Shown piece after piece: positions 35,691 through 46,825 of a DNA stretch of 64,000 nucleotides. The notes beneath the pieces are model-generated. The model searched no databases and was not told the DNA's origin. It saw nothing but the letters and a program-made list of their open reading frames with translations. Within the stretch, counting starts at the first letter, position 1, and each line of letters begins with the position of its first letter. The translations under genes and the position numbers were made by a program. The stretch lies in IMG/VR virus record IMGVR_UViG_3300042868_009047; one strand, written 5' to 3'. The stretch comes from a virus (Duplodnaviria > Caudoviricetes).

Positions 35691-38600
35691 TTATAAAGCT
35701 TTTGGTAATTTTATGTAATCTCTTGGATCAACCGTTTCAAGGGTTACAAGTGTTGCACCGTCAAAGTCAATTTTTACAACCCTACCTTCACTTATATCTT
35801 TTAATTTTATTGTTCTTGTTACTAATCTACCTACGTTTGTTTTTGTTGACGCAAAATATCCGTTTTCAATACCATTGTCGTTTGCATCAAATAATGTGTA
35901 ATTATCCATAAATCCTGATGCGTATCTAGTAAGATTTCTTGTTACGTCAGTTTTAATAGTAATTGTAACAAATTCACCATAATTAACAATAATATTTTCA
36001 TCAAAATATTTATTTTTAGTCAACACTTTATTAAACACTGTGGTACCAGCTGTGTTATTTTCAACAATAACAGTTACGTTTGATGCACCATTTTGGTTGA
36101 TGATTAACCTAACCTCTGGTTTAAATCCAGTTATTAACTCAGTATTTTCTGGTAAAGCTGGTGATGACATAACTCTAGGTTTTAATTGATCCAATTTGGT
36201 TAAATCAGCTTCAAATAAAGCACCGAATATTGTTTTTGCTGTGTGCCCACAAGGGTTTGTTATTGTTAAACCCCCAATAAACTCACCAGTTAATGGTAAA
36301 CCGCTGTCATCTTTTTCGTAATAATAATCCATGATTATGTCTGAACCAACCCTTCTAAACCCAGTTAAACCGTAATCTCTAACACTTCTAAGGTTTGTAT
36401 TCTTAGCATCAAAAAGTTTATTAACGCCAGTTAATAGTTTATTGTTTTTTGTTGCACCACTAAATGTCTGTTCTGTAAAACTTGGTTTTAGTCTTAAATT
36501 ACTATCAAAGAAATATAGATTATTTTTTGTTATTGTATTTACAGATTCAATTGTACCTTGATAAATTTTAACCCTACATCTATCTTTTTTAAATGTGAAT
36601 TTTTTAACTAACATAAAATCGCGCTCTTCCCAATTTGTTGATAAATGTGGTTCTGTCGCACCTGTAAATGTACCTATACCAGCAACTGTTCTATATAAAA
36701 CGTTTCTACTAACGGTATATTTTTTACTATGATAATTAGAACTACTATTATATGTTGTACCAGTGGCAATAAAATCTAATATCCCATTATCAGTTGCTGT
36801 TGTACCCACATTATAAAATAATGGTTGGATACCATATGGACGATTAATGTACATCCAAATTACTTGACCAACTGTTTGTGGATCTAAAAACCCACCTGAT
36901 GGTGTATAATTGTAACTATTCTGTATTAAATTGGTATCTTGTGTAGCACTAAAAGTCATTAAACTATTAGATGTACCAGTATAATTTAATGTTGATCCAG
37001 TTACTCTAAAATACGCGGTAATATCACTATTTTCGGTAATCCCATTTGTTTCACCAGGTAAGGTCGTATAGAACGAATCAGCAATCACAATATTTGTTGT
37101 CCCTGTTAGTGGTAGGTAATAACTATACCCAGCTGAGCTAGCCACGGTTGGTAATAAATTTTTAATTTTATAAACAGTTGGCCCGCTAAAATAAAGGGTT
37201 GAAATCGCAGTTACACCAGTGATATCTTTAAACCAGAATGGGCTGTTAGCGTTTGTGCCAGTGATTGGCATCTCATACCAAGCACCTGTACCACCCGTTG
37301 GTGATACTCCAACGGTGATGCCGCTTGGGGCGTACCAAAAACTATTTGTACCACCTGTATTTGGGTGGTAAACTATTTCACCGTAAAAATAATCATTAGT
37401 TGAATCCCAAGTTAATGGTTTATTGTAAATATATTCGTATAAATTATAATTAATTGTTGTACCAGTACCGCTAGCATAAACTTTAACAATATCACCTAAG
37501 TTTAATTTTTGTGTTGGTGATCCATCCAATAAAATTGGTTCTCTGTATCTATAAGGGGCAACGTTTGACTTTATTGCGTCAACTATAATTTGTTTATCAT
37601 AACCTATTGGTGTGAAGTTTTTTAGATTATAATTTTCTATCGGTATAAAACAAGTTCTAGCACCATTTGGTCTATAGATTGGGTGGATCTCAAATTTACT
37701 TGAGGCACCAGTTATCTTACATAAATGATCATCTGTTATATCTTCCACGCAAACATATAATCTATCAACATCAGTTGTTACTACTGTTGTACCCGTAGTG
37801 CTTTCAACAACCTTTCTGTAATCACTTAATTTAAGTTTAACAATATCATTAATAACGTAATTATTAATACTTGTACTAAAATATTGTACAGCAGATAAAA
37901 TATCTTGATATAGTTTTGTTTTATAAACGTCATTTTCTTTTTTCCAATACCCGTATGTTGTACCAGTAATTAGTTTATACCTTTTTTTAGATATTAAACT
38001 ATTAGCTAAATTACTGTTAAAATCTAAATGATTATAATCAATTAGACCATCATCATACCCCATAAAATCAATTGTTGTACCAGTTATTGCAACATCGTTT
38101 TTATGTAATTTTAAAAACGGGTAATCTGGTTTATTCAGACTAATTGTTCTAGGTTTTGGTGTTTTACCAATAAAAATATTTTTTGTTATACTGGTGTTTT
38201 CAACAGCTTGTGGTGTGTTACCTAGATAATTTTTACTCGATGAAATTGTGTATGTTTTTTCAGCACCAGCAAATGAATTATAAATTTGAAGATTGCTAGC
38301 ATAATATTGCGGTGTGTCATTTAATTCTTTACTTCTAACAGTTAATTCAAAATCAACATAATCATTATTAAATTTCTTCTCATAAGATGTTACATCACCA
38401 ATCTGCGAAGTGTTTTTATACTTTTCAAAATATTGACCATATAATAAACCAAAATTGTAGCCCTCATCGTACGATTGATTTATGTTTAATTTTGGTATAA
38501 ATTGGTGTGTATCCGTAAAATTTTCAATTTTTAATAAATAATTATCCACCGTATGGTCATCATTGTAACCAATTGGTTCTATTGATAAGGCATCATCAAA

Positions 38601-41600
38601 ATAAGCGTTGTTGATTAATGATCTACCCCCATTGAAATAAACCCTAAATCTAGGGTCATCTAATGAATCATATGTTGTACCATCAGCATAATCAACATCA
38701 ATTGTTTCATACCTAGATAATTTACATGGTTGTGTTACTGGTTCAATTGCTAAATAAACTTGTGTATCCGTAAAAAATACACCTTCGTGTGTAAAGTTAA
38801 CAACTCTAAGAGCACTTTCATCACCACCACTAAATGTAAATAATTGTTGGTATATAAGAGCCCCGAATTTATTAATTAATTTAATAATAACAGATTGCTG
38901 CGCAACAAGTTCTGACTCAAAGAATAAATCGATATCAAACTTAAAATACTTATTTCTTTTTATCAAATAAAAACCTTGACCTAAACTAATATTACTATTA
39001 ACAATATTAAAATTAGTATTAAGCGACTCAAAATCTACGTAATTATTTTTGTTTGGAACTAAATCTATTGATTCAACCAATGTTTGGGTACCAATTGGAT
39101 CGGCATCTGGTGTATAAAAAGGTCCAATTTTATCTTCATCCAATGAATAAAAACCGTCAAAGGATAGTGTATTTGAATCGGTAATATATAATTCGTCATT
39201 TAATAAATTATCAATAACTTTATAAGTTTCTTGATCTGTCGCCCCACTGTAAACTTGGTATAGATATAAAGATTTTGTTAAATTAAAAGATACTCTATCT
39301 AATAAAGGATTAACCAAAATCTTTTTAAGGTATGCAGAATTTATATGCATATACGGATCTGTTATTGTTCTATTCGTATAGTTTTGATATAAACCAGGAA
39401 CAATACTTGTTAACGTTGTACCAGATGGTGTACCAGTTACTGTATAACCTGTCACAGTGGCTCCAGTGACTAAATAATTAACCGATGATTTTGTAACAAC
39501 ATCACCAGCGTAATAAATAACCCCATTTGTCCAAGCATTTTGTTTTTGATATGGTATAACCCAATTAGATGCTGTTCCGTAAACAGCATTATCTGGTTCT
39601 GTTGTTCCAGTATATTTTGAATAGCCGTAATATTTAGATTGTTCAATTGTCAAATATTTACCAGATTCATCATAATAACTTGTAGCACCAGTCATTGATA
39701 TTGTGTTACCGCTAAAATTAAAATAACATGTATGTGGTTTTGGTATTGGGCATACAAAATCTACATCAGCCACTAAGTGAGCATGACCAAAAGATATCGC
39801 CTCAATATAATAGTTTCTTTCAGCTATTGATATTGGTGTTAGCGTACTGTCTTTAAATGTTAGCGTACTAGCGTCAACGTTTAATGGTATTAAATCGTAA
39901 ACATCAAACGAGTTTGGTATATTACTCACCAAACCAATACTTAGGTTAGTCACCGAAATGTTACTAGGGTTTAATAACGCATTCCAAATCGATATCTGAT
40001 TAGTCGTAAATGTTAAAGTGTCTGAGTATGTTACCGTACTACCAGATAGGCCGTTGATGCTGTCCAATTCAGTACCAGACACCAACCCATCATATATCAC
40101 TATAGTATCTTGGCCATAAATAGTAAATTCAACTAAATATTTACCTGGACCGTTAGGTAATGTTATTGTTTCTGTGTCAGGATTACCTAAACCTTGTTCC
40201 AAATATATAAAATTATCTGTATACGGGGTTGGGTCTGTGTTAATTGTATATCCAGAAACATGCATTTGATCAGTGTTTAATCTATAAAGATTATTATCAT
40301 ATGTAACATAAACGCCTTTTCTATCACCAGAACCAGTGTTTATATTGCCACCGTAAATAGCATCATCACCATAGTTTACATTTTTTTCCCATTTATATAT
40401 TTGAACCTCAGAAGCGCAAGCTTCTTCAATACCATAATAAAAACCAAAGTATTCACTAATTGTTGGGTCATAACCCAAGTAATTTTTACCCTTTAACCCT
40501 ACCAACGTAAATGTTGACGATTCACCAGCAATTGGTAATTTTTTAATACCAATCGGGCTGAAAGGATTTGTTAAGCCTTGATTAACCGTTTTTTTAGCTA
40601 AATCTTGAAACTCAGATCCGTCTGTACCTAACCAACTAAGACTATTATTTAAACCATGTTTATAGATAAATTTATTATCCATGAACTTGGAGTTCTGTAT
40701 TTTTTTACCAGCGTTTAATATTGTTGTTGCTGGTGTAAATTGTTGTACTAACTTAACCCAAGATGAATCAAAATAACTTAAGAACTCTAAATCTTTTGTA
40801 TTTGTCATTGGTGACGAAACACTGTTTAGATAATCATAATATATCTTGGTTAACGTTGGATACGTTTTAATTGTTTTTCTGTTATCTGGTTTGATGTAAT
40901 TATCAAGTGATTTTTGTAAAAACTGATTAAAAGTTAAATCACCACCATTTATTGTCGGTACAAAAGTGAACGTTAAATCACTATTAATATCAACAGCATT
41001 TCTGTTATAATATCTATAAACCGATAAATCAAATATTTTATCAGACGCTAAATAAACTTCTAGCTCTTTGGAGTTGATAACTAATTTAGAATGTGGTTCA
41101 TAGTATTCCGTGTATCCAACAGAATCTTCTGATAATCTTAAAACTTCTTCAGTACTATAAACCCATGATTTTACGTTATCAGTATATCTGTCAACTGTAA
41201 AAATACTTACGTTACCTCTTTTTTCAAACGCCTGGATATATTGCTTACCAAAATCATATGGACCAAAATTTCTACCATCATTTGTTGTTGTAAAACCACT
41301 TTCTTGGTATCTAACATCGTATGGCACCGTTGGGTATCCGTCTTTATCAAAAGGTAATAAAGTTAATAAAACCTCATCAGAATAATTACCACCATATATT
41401 TCAAATGACTTATCAGTATAATTAATTGGGTTTCTAGCCATGTAAACATGTTCATTAATCTCGAAAATAGAATCAGGTAAACCAACCAAATTTAAAATAA
41501 ATTCAATTGATTTTCTAGTACCTTTTGATTTCCAAAGATAATAAGCGTTTATAAAGATTCTTCTCCATAATTCGATGTCAATTTCAGCTGGGGTTAAACC

Positions 41601-43109
41601 AGGTTCAACATTAAGATCTTTTATACTGAATAGTGATTCAATGATTGTGTTCTCATCTTCAACATTATATGTTTCAAAACCAAGCATATTACCAAAATTC
41701 TTAACCAACAAATCTGGTATGTTTTCAATTTTGTCGTACGTAAGATTTGTCATGAAGGTTATACCATCAATGTATTTTCTGATGTTATCAAAGTTCTTAC
41801 CGATAAGTCCGAACATTAAATTTATTCTCCTATCATCAGTATCAAATTCTTTTAATGAATCTGTTGTTAAAAACCTAGTAATTAAATTTGTTTTTGTTGC
41901 ATCAAAATCATCTGATATTTGATTTAATTTTGTTAGATACGCATCAAAATCTGAAGTAAAAATATCAATGTTATGCTTATCCGATTGCGGGAAAATTAAT
42001 TGTTCTTCAGTATTTATTCTAACTCCAGAATCTGTTACCTTTGTATATCTAATAACTGAAATATATCTTTTTAATTCATAATCATAATCCATTAAAAATT
42101 TACCCATGTCAGATAAACTACTTTGGAATTCATCGAATTTTTTTAACGATGGCTTTAACCAGAATGTTGTATTAACAGTTTGATCGTTATTAGCCACACC
42201 ATCAAATGGGTTACCCTGAACAACCAAATAAATACCGTTATCGGTGTCAGTTTTTGAACTCGGTAAGGTTACATTTAATATCTTATATTCAGTATCATTA
42301 TAATAAAGTACAAAATCACTGTATTTTTTAGAAAAATTTCTAAGTGGGGTTATATTAGCGTCATCAGTTATTGTGGTACCAATTACGGTATATTCAATAC
42401 CAAACGGGTTTTCAATATTATTTATGTTTATCTTAAACTCAGAGGTGTCCTTATCAGTGTTATAACTATAATCACTTACTGTTGGTGATAATAAACTTAT
42501 TACGTTTAATTTAAGGGATGCTGGGTATTTTTGTGAAATCTCAACAATCGTATTTTTAACAGTTTCTTTTAATGGAGAATATAAAACATAATTCTCTAAT
42601 TTTTTCTTATCAAAAAGAATTGTTACTGTTAAATTATTTTCAATTTTAGCGTTAATCGTATCAACCAAATTGGTTGTTGCATCCGTATTTTTATTGGGAT
42701 TTAAATCATTGATTGATGCCGCTGTATAAGTTCTTGTTTCAGGGCTAATTTTTGCCGTTTTACCAACAGCTGGTTTTTGCGAAACACTAGTGTTAATCGA
42801 AAAATTACCTAACGTAAAAAATGGGTCACCAGATATTTCATTATTGCTATTTGCGAATTGCAAACCAACGGCTTTATCACCGATATTACCTTTACCAGAT
42901 ATCGCATTTAAAACACCCTGTCTTTTTACAAACTTTAAAGCCTGTTCATAAGCCAAATATGTCGAACAAGGGACATATTTATTTTGACCGTTAATGTTAT
43001 ACGTTCTGTATCCACTACAACCTAGATTAGCCGAAGCTGCGATTGCCGCTTCTGGAGTATCGTATAAATCGGCTATTAATGGTGTGTTTGAGTAACTAAG
43101 ATTAGCCAT
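35691..43109 (-). CDS. Giant baseplate wedge/tail protein (2472 aa)
   Basis: IPDLLVKNFGNMLGF...LWKSKGTRKSIEFIL resembles P2 gpI/T4 gp7-like wedge segments; located in the baseplate cluster. Confidence 0.8.
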   Translation of the reverse strand: MANLSYSNTPLIADLYDTPEAAIAASANLGCSGYRTYNINGQNKYVPCSTYLAYEQALKFVKRQGVLNAISGKGNIGDKAVGLQFANSNNEISGDPFFTLGNFSINTSVSQKPAVGKTAKISPETRTYTAASINDLNPNKNTDATTNLVDTINAKIENNLTVTILFDKKKLENYVLYSPLKETVKNTIVEISQKYPASLKLNVISLLSPTVSDYSYNTDKDTSEFKININNIENPFGIEYTVIGTTITDDANITPLRNFSKKYSDFVLYYNDTEYKILNVTLPSSKTDTDNGIYLVVQGNPFDGVANNDQTVNTTFWLKPSLKKFDEFQSSLSDMGKFLMDYDYELKRYISVIRYTKVTDSGVRINTEEQLIFPQSDKHNIDIFTSDFDAYLTKLNQISDDFDATKTNLITRFLTTDSLKEFDTDDRRINLMFGLIGKNFDNIRKYIDGITFMTNLTYDKIENIPDLLVKNFGNMLGFETYNVEDENTIIESLFSIKDLNVEPGLTPAEIDIELWRRIFINAYYLWKSKGTRKSIEFILNLVGLPDSIFEINEHVYMARNPINYTDKSFEIYGGNYSDEVLLTLLPFDKDGYPTVPYDVRYQESGFTTTNDGRNFGPYDFGKQYIQAFEKRGNVSIFTVDRYTDNVKSWVYSTEEVLRLSEDSVGYTEYYEPHSKLVINSKELEVYLASDKIFDLSVYRYYNRNAVDINSDLTFTFVPTINGGDLTFNQFLQKSLDNYIKPDNRKTIKTYPTLTKIYYDYLNSVSSPMTNTKDLEFLSYFDSSWVKLVQQFTPATTILNAGKKIQNSKFMDNKFIYKHGLNNSLSWLGTDGSEFQDLAKKTVNQGLTNPFSPIGIKKLPIAGESSTFTLVGLKGKNYLGYDPTISEYFGFYYGIEEACASEVQIYKWEKNVNYGDDAIYGGNINTGSGDRKGVYVTYDNNLYRLNTDQMHVSGYTINTDPTPYTDNFIYLEQGLGNPDTETITLPNGPGKYLVEFTIYGQDTIVIYDGLVSGTELDSINGLSGSTVTYSDTLTFTTNQISIWNALLNPSNISVTNLSIGLVSNIPNSFDVYDLIPLNVDASTLTFKDSTLTPISIAERNYYIEAISFGHAHLVADVDFVCPIPKPHTCYFNFSGNTISMTGATSYYDESGKYLTIEQSKYYGYSKYTGTTEPDNAVYGTASNWVIPYQKQNAWTNGVIYYAGDVVTKSSVNYLVTGATVTGYTVTGTPSGTTLTSIVPGLYQNYTNRTITDPYMHINSAYLKKILVNPLLDRVSFNLTKSLYLYQVYSGATDQETYKVIDNLLNDELYITDSNTLSFDGFYSLDEDKIGPFYTPDADPIGTQTLVESIDLVPNKNNYVDFESLNTNFNIVNSNISLGQGFYLIKRNKYFKFDIDLFFESELVAQQSVIIKLINKFGALIYQQLFTFSGGDESALRVVNFTHEGVFFTDTQVYLAIEPVTQPCKLSRYETIDVDYADGTTYDSLDDPRFRVYFNGGRSLINNAYFDDALSIEPIGYNDDHTVDNYLLKIENFTDTHQFIPKLNINQSYDEGYNFGLLYGQYFEKYKNTSQIGDVTSYEKKFNNDYVDFELTVRSKELNDTPQYYASNLQIYNSFAGAEKTYTISSSKNYLGNTPQAVENTSITKNIFIGKTPKPRTISLNKPDYPFLKLHKNDVAITGTTIDFMGYDDGLIDYNHLDFNSNLANSLISKKRYKLITGTTYGYWKKENDVYKTKLYQDILSAVQYFSTSINNYVINDIVKLKLSDYRKVVESTTGTTVVTTDVDRLYVCVEDITDDHLCKITGASSKFEIHPIYRPNGARTCFIPIENYNLKNFTPIGYDKQIIVDAIKSNVAPYRYREPILLDGSPTQKLNLGDIVKVYASGTGTTINYNLYEYIYNKPLTWDSTNDYFYGEIVYHPNTGGTNSFWYAPSGITVGVSPTGGTGAWYEMPITGTNANSPFWFKDITGVTAISTLYFSGPTVYKIKNLLPTVASSAGYSYYLPLTGTTNIVIADSFYTTLPGETNGITENSDITAYFRVTGSTLNYTGTSNSLMTFSATQDTNLIQNSYNYTPSGGFLDPQTVGQVIWMYINRPYGIQPLFYNVGTTATDNGILDFIATGTTYNSSSNYHSKKYTVSRNVLYRTVAGIGTFTGATEPHLSTNWEERDFMLVKKFTFKKDRCRVKIYQGTIESVNTITKNNLYFFDSNLRLKPSFTEQTFSGATKNNKLLTGVNKLFDAKNTNLRSVRDYGLTGFRRVGSDIIMDYYYEKDDSGLPLTGEFIGGLTITNPCGHTAKTIFGALFEADLTKLDQLKPRVMSSPALPENTELITGFKPEVRLIINQNGASNVTVIVENNTAGTTVFNKVLTKNKYFDENIIVNYGEFVTITIKTDVTRNLTRYASGFMDNYTLFDANDNGIENGYFASTKTNVGRLVTRTIKLKDISEGRVVKIDFDGATLVTLETVDPRDYIKLPKAL

Positions 43110-43995
43110 TTCCTACTATATTATTTAAACCTTTTGTTGTGTCTATATTATTTCTTTTTGTTCTAACCTCATACAATTTTTTATCTGTACTATCTTTAAT
43201 CTCATATAAATCATATTGAGCGTAGATATTACCATCAAAATCATACAATGTGTATATACCATCTTCCATTGATTTGGTTTGATCGGAATATAAAGCAATT
43301 GCTAAACTTTCAGCGTCATAGTTAACCAATTCAACTTCAAGTATTTGTGGTGTAAAACTTGTACTTGTTATTATAGCACTTTGACCTTTATAACCAATAA
43401 ATGGTGTTGCCGTAGGTTTAAAACTTGGTGCCGCATTTGGTGTTACCGTGCAGAACAATAGTGATCCGACATTATTGTAGGTATATTTAATTGTTTTTAC
43501 AGAACTATTTGGTGTGTCCGCCTGTACTGGTTCTACAATAAAAGAAGATGTAACAATTCTATAAATATTCGATTGTTTACTACCGTTTTCGTTTAAATAC
43601 TCTATTCTATAACCGTCTAAACCGTTATTAGTGAATTTGCTTCTAAATTCAGTTGGTACGTTTGCTGTATTAAATACAAGACCTTTTATGTCTGGAAAAG
43701 TTGCTAATTCAGCACAATCTTCAATTTGTAATCTTATTTGCGCAGGTCTAATGTAAACAGTATAAAAACCTCTTGCATTAAAAACTGTTTTAGGTAGCTC
43801 TAAATTATACATACCACCCAAAACCTCAACGGCATTGGTTGGGTCGAATACTTGTTTGATAACATCAGTACCCTTTAATTTTGTGATAGTTTGCGTCTCA
43901 GTTGAATTTCTTGTTTTACTATATAAAACAATAACTTCTATATCTGAAGGGTCAACATCTGCTGGTCTTTTAACACCATATACACCAATTGCCAT
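43102..43995 (-). CDS. Conserved-looking structural protein (297 aa)
   Basis: Tiling ORF in the baseplate block. Confidence 0.8.
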   Translation of the reverse strand: MAIGVYGVKRPADVDPSDIEVIVLYSKTRNSTETQTITKLKGTDVIKQVFDPTNAVEVLGGMYNLELPKTVFNARGFYTVYIRPAQIRLQIEDCAELATFPDIKGLVFNTANVPTEFRSKFTNNGLDGYRIEYLNENGSKQSNIYRIVTSSFIVEPVQADTPNSSVKTIKYTYNNVGSLLFCTVTPNAAPSFKPTATPFIGYKGQSAIITSTSFTPQILEVELVNYDAESLAIALYSDQTKSMEDGIYTLYDFDGNIYAQYDLYEIKDSTDKKLYEVRTKRNNIDTTKGLNNIVGNG

Positions 43996-43997
43996 AT

Positions 43998-44783
43998 TTA
44001 TTGATCTTTAAAATTATATCCTCTTGTGTTTATTTTGTAGTATCCAAATCCTGTTTTTACCAATTCATTTAAATCCTTAATATTTTTTAGTTTTCTCATT
44101 GGTTCAAACGCATTATTTGTTCCTCTGTCTATAAATACTTCGGATAAAACTTTTGGTTCGTCAACCATGTCAGAATAATAATTTAATCCTGGTCTAACGA
44201 TTTCACCCAAATTATTTCTCATATATTTAAATATAGTATTTCCAACAGCATTATCAACATATAATATAGGATTTGGTGTATCTAAATACAAAACATATTC
44301 AATTCTGGCCGCAGATTCCAATAAAATCATTCCAACGACATTTGTACCACTTACCTCAATTCTTTTTCCAACTCTAATATTATCTGGTGGTGTGGTTGCT
44401 GTGGACGTATTTAAATCAGTACTAGTGAAGTTTTTTCCGTTTTCACTTTCATATTGTCTTAAAGCCACATTTTTAGGGTAACTAAGGTCCAATAATGAAA
44501 ATTTGGTGTCAGTTACACCTTCAATAAAATATTTATCTGGGGATGGTAAAAAATGTGTTTTAACCTGTTCAATTGTTGAAATGTCAGTTGTGTTACTAAC
44601 ATAATTTTTGGTTGGTTTAGCAGACGCATATAATTTATTATCAACTATTGTTGATTCAATCTGTGCTATTTTATCGCTTGATTCGTAATAATAGGGTAAA
44701 ACAAAGGATCCGTTTGGGTCAATTTTTGACTCAAGGTATAGGTTAATAACCCTATTTTCACCATTAATTAAAATTGTTGTCAT
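43998..44783 (-). CDS. Hypothetical structural protein (261 aa)
   Basis: Tiling ORF, TAATG-coupled. Confidence 0.8.
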   Translation of the reverse strand: MTTILINGENRVINLYLESKIDPNGSFVLPYYYESSDKIAQIESTIVDNKLYASAKPTKNYVSNTTDISTIEQVKTHFLPSPDKYFIEGVTDTKFSLLDLSYPKNVALRQYESENGKNFTSTDLNTSTATTPPDNIRVGKRIEVSGTNVVGMILLESAARIEYVLYLDTPNPILYVDNAVGNTIFKYMRNNLGEIVRPGLNYYSDMVDEPKVLSEVFIDRGTNNAFEPMRKLKNIKDLNELVKTGFGYYKINTRGYNFKDQ

Positions 44784-46825
44784 TATTTTATGTCAATATT
44801 AATTGGTATGCTTATTTTGTAGGTTAATGAATCCTCATTATTTAATTCACTGTAGTTAATAACCAATGCGCCTTTAATATTCATCTCCTTAATAATACCA
44901 GAATAAAATAGGCCTAATTTACCAAAAACAAGATCAAGTGATATTACCATTTCCTCATTATATAATATTTTTTTCGATCCAGTGCTAGCTGTTAAGGCAA
45001 AGGTTTGTTCTTTAAATGAGGGGTCGGTTTTTAATTTTTGTACGAGATTTTGTGAATTATATTCATCACCTGGACCTGAAGTATTTTGGGGTGGGTTAAT
45101 TCGGTTTTCCAATACACTCATATTAGCAAAAATTCTTTGGTATAAATTATTGTAAATATCCTGATTAAAGGTCTGTTGTTCACCACGAACTTTTAATTTA
45201 TATTGGTCAAAAGCGTAACTAAATAAATTATCAAAATAACTAAAAGTTTTTTTACTATTTGTTTTTGGTAAGACATGTGTTTCCGTATATAAATTTTGGT
45301 TTGTATACGATAATGTACCTGTATTTGATAAATCAACACTCAGCTCATTTGATGTAAATTTAACACCCTCTAGTAAAATACTGTCAATTGAAAAGCCCTT
45401 GGTCGAGTTTATATTTTTTAATCTGATAGGTTCTATTGTTTTTTTAGATCCTTTTATATCCGTATCACCACACTTTACTTCCCTTATGTTTAATAAACCT
45501 ATTGTTTTTACATTAATATTATTAGCTATTTCAAGAAAATAACCATAATAATTACCGTAGGGAACATATGTTGTTGTATACCCCATTTCAGGATCATACT
45601 CAGTTGTTGTTTGAACAGATACTTCAACAACTTCCTGTTCACTCATAAGACCTTGTTTTGTTGTAAGATACTTTGTATCTGTTAAATAATACTTACCAAA
45701 GATTTTATCTTTAAAGGGTAGTATATCCGTATACACTGGAACAGTTTGTGTTGTTGTTGTATTTGTTGGTTGTGTATTTCCAACAAAAACCTTTGACCAG
45801 TAATCGTCATAAGAAAATTCATATAAATCAATTTTATCGATTTCTACATCAAAATTACCTGTTGTATTATTTAAATCAAAAATTTTGTATTTTTTATTTG
45901 TATAATCAATTTCATATTTTAAATACAAATCTTTTTGATCGAAAATTTCAACGTCCTGTAACCATTTCTTTTTATTGTTACTTTTTCCTGACGGTATAAA
46001 TTGTATTTTTTTACCACTTAAAGCATCCCAAAAATAAAATTTTGCATAAAAATCAGATTTAATGTATTTTTTTAGGAAGAAAAAAGAATATCCATCAATA
46101 CCTTCTGATAAATTAAAAACTGGTCTTTTTTGTGTAATACCATCGGCTGTTTTTCTTTTTTCCTTAAACAGGTATCTGTCTGAAACATATACGGGTATTG
46201 TTGTTACCCTTTTTTGTGTCTCAACCTCATAGGTGTCATATATCTCAATAATCAAAAAAGAATTATATGCATATGTTTTGTTATTAAAACCGTATTTTAA
46301 ATCAACCCACACATCTTTTTTTTCCCAAAATGGGAAAACAAATGTGTTATAAAAATGTGGGTACCCTGATTTTGCTGGGTAATTTTTTCTTAACTCAACA
46401 TATGGATCGGTAACAACATATGGTTTACTATCGTTTATTTCAGTTCTAGTTGATTCAAGTGTCCCCTCAAATTGTGGGGTTATTAAATCATTATTATCCC
46501 TTATCTCAAATAATTCGCTTTTAACAGATGTATTTATTGAAAGTACTTTACTACTGTAATCAGTAAAAGATGGCTCAATATACTTTTTTATTTCATTAAT
46601 TTCATCTTTTAAAAGATATCGTAAAAAAAAGATATCAAATTCAACATTATTATTAACATGTTTATATTCGATAGATTCAAAATCAATAACGCTGTTAATA
46701 TTAGTTAATGACTCAATATCTAATATTTTTTGAAGCACAAAATCAGTGTCAGAAGCATTATCCTCTGAAGAGGCAAATAAATTTGTTACTAACGATGTGT
46801 TTTCTTTAAATGGTTTTTTTAACAT
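44783..46825 (-). CDS. Hypothetical structural protein (680 aa)
   Basis: Long tiling ORF. Confidence 0.8.
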   Translation of the reverse strand: MLKKPFKENTSLVTNLFASSEDNASDTDFVLQKILDIESLTNINSVIDFESIEYKHVNNNVEFDIFFLRYLLKDEINEIKKYIEPSFTDYSSKVLSINTSVKSELFEIRDNNDLITPQFEGTLESTRTEINDSKPYVVTDPYVELRKNYPAKSGYPHFYNTFVFPFWEKKDVWVDLKYGFNNKTYAYNSFLIIEIYDTYEVETQKRVTTIPVYVSDRYLFKEKRKTADGITQKRPVFNLSEGIDGYSFFFLKKYIKSDFYAKFYFWDALSGKKIQFIPSGKSNNKKKWLQDVEIFDQKDLYLKYEIDYTNKKYKIFDLNNTTGNFDVEIDKIDLYEFSYDDYWSKVFVGNTQPTNTTTTQTVPVYTDILPFKDKIFGKYYLTDTKYLTTKQGLMSEQEVVEVSVQTTTEYDPEMGYTTTYVPYGNYYGYFLEIANNINVKTIGLLNIREVKCGDTDIKGSKKTIEPIRLKNINSTKGFSIDSILLEGVKFTSNELSVDLSNTGTLSYTNQNLYTETHVLPKTNSKKTFSYFDNLFSYAFDQYKLKVRGEQQTFNQDIYNNLYQRIFANMSVLENRINPPQNTSGPGDEYNSQNLVQKLKTDPSFKEQTFALTASTGSKKILYNEEMVISLDLVFGKLGLFYSGIIKEMNIKGALVINYSELNNEDSLTYKISIPINIDIK

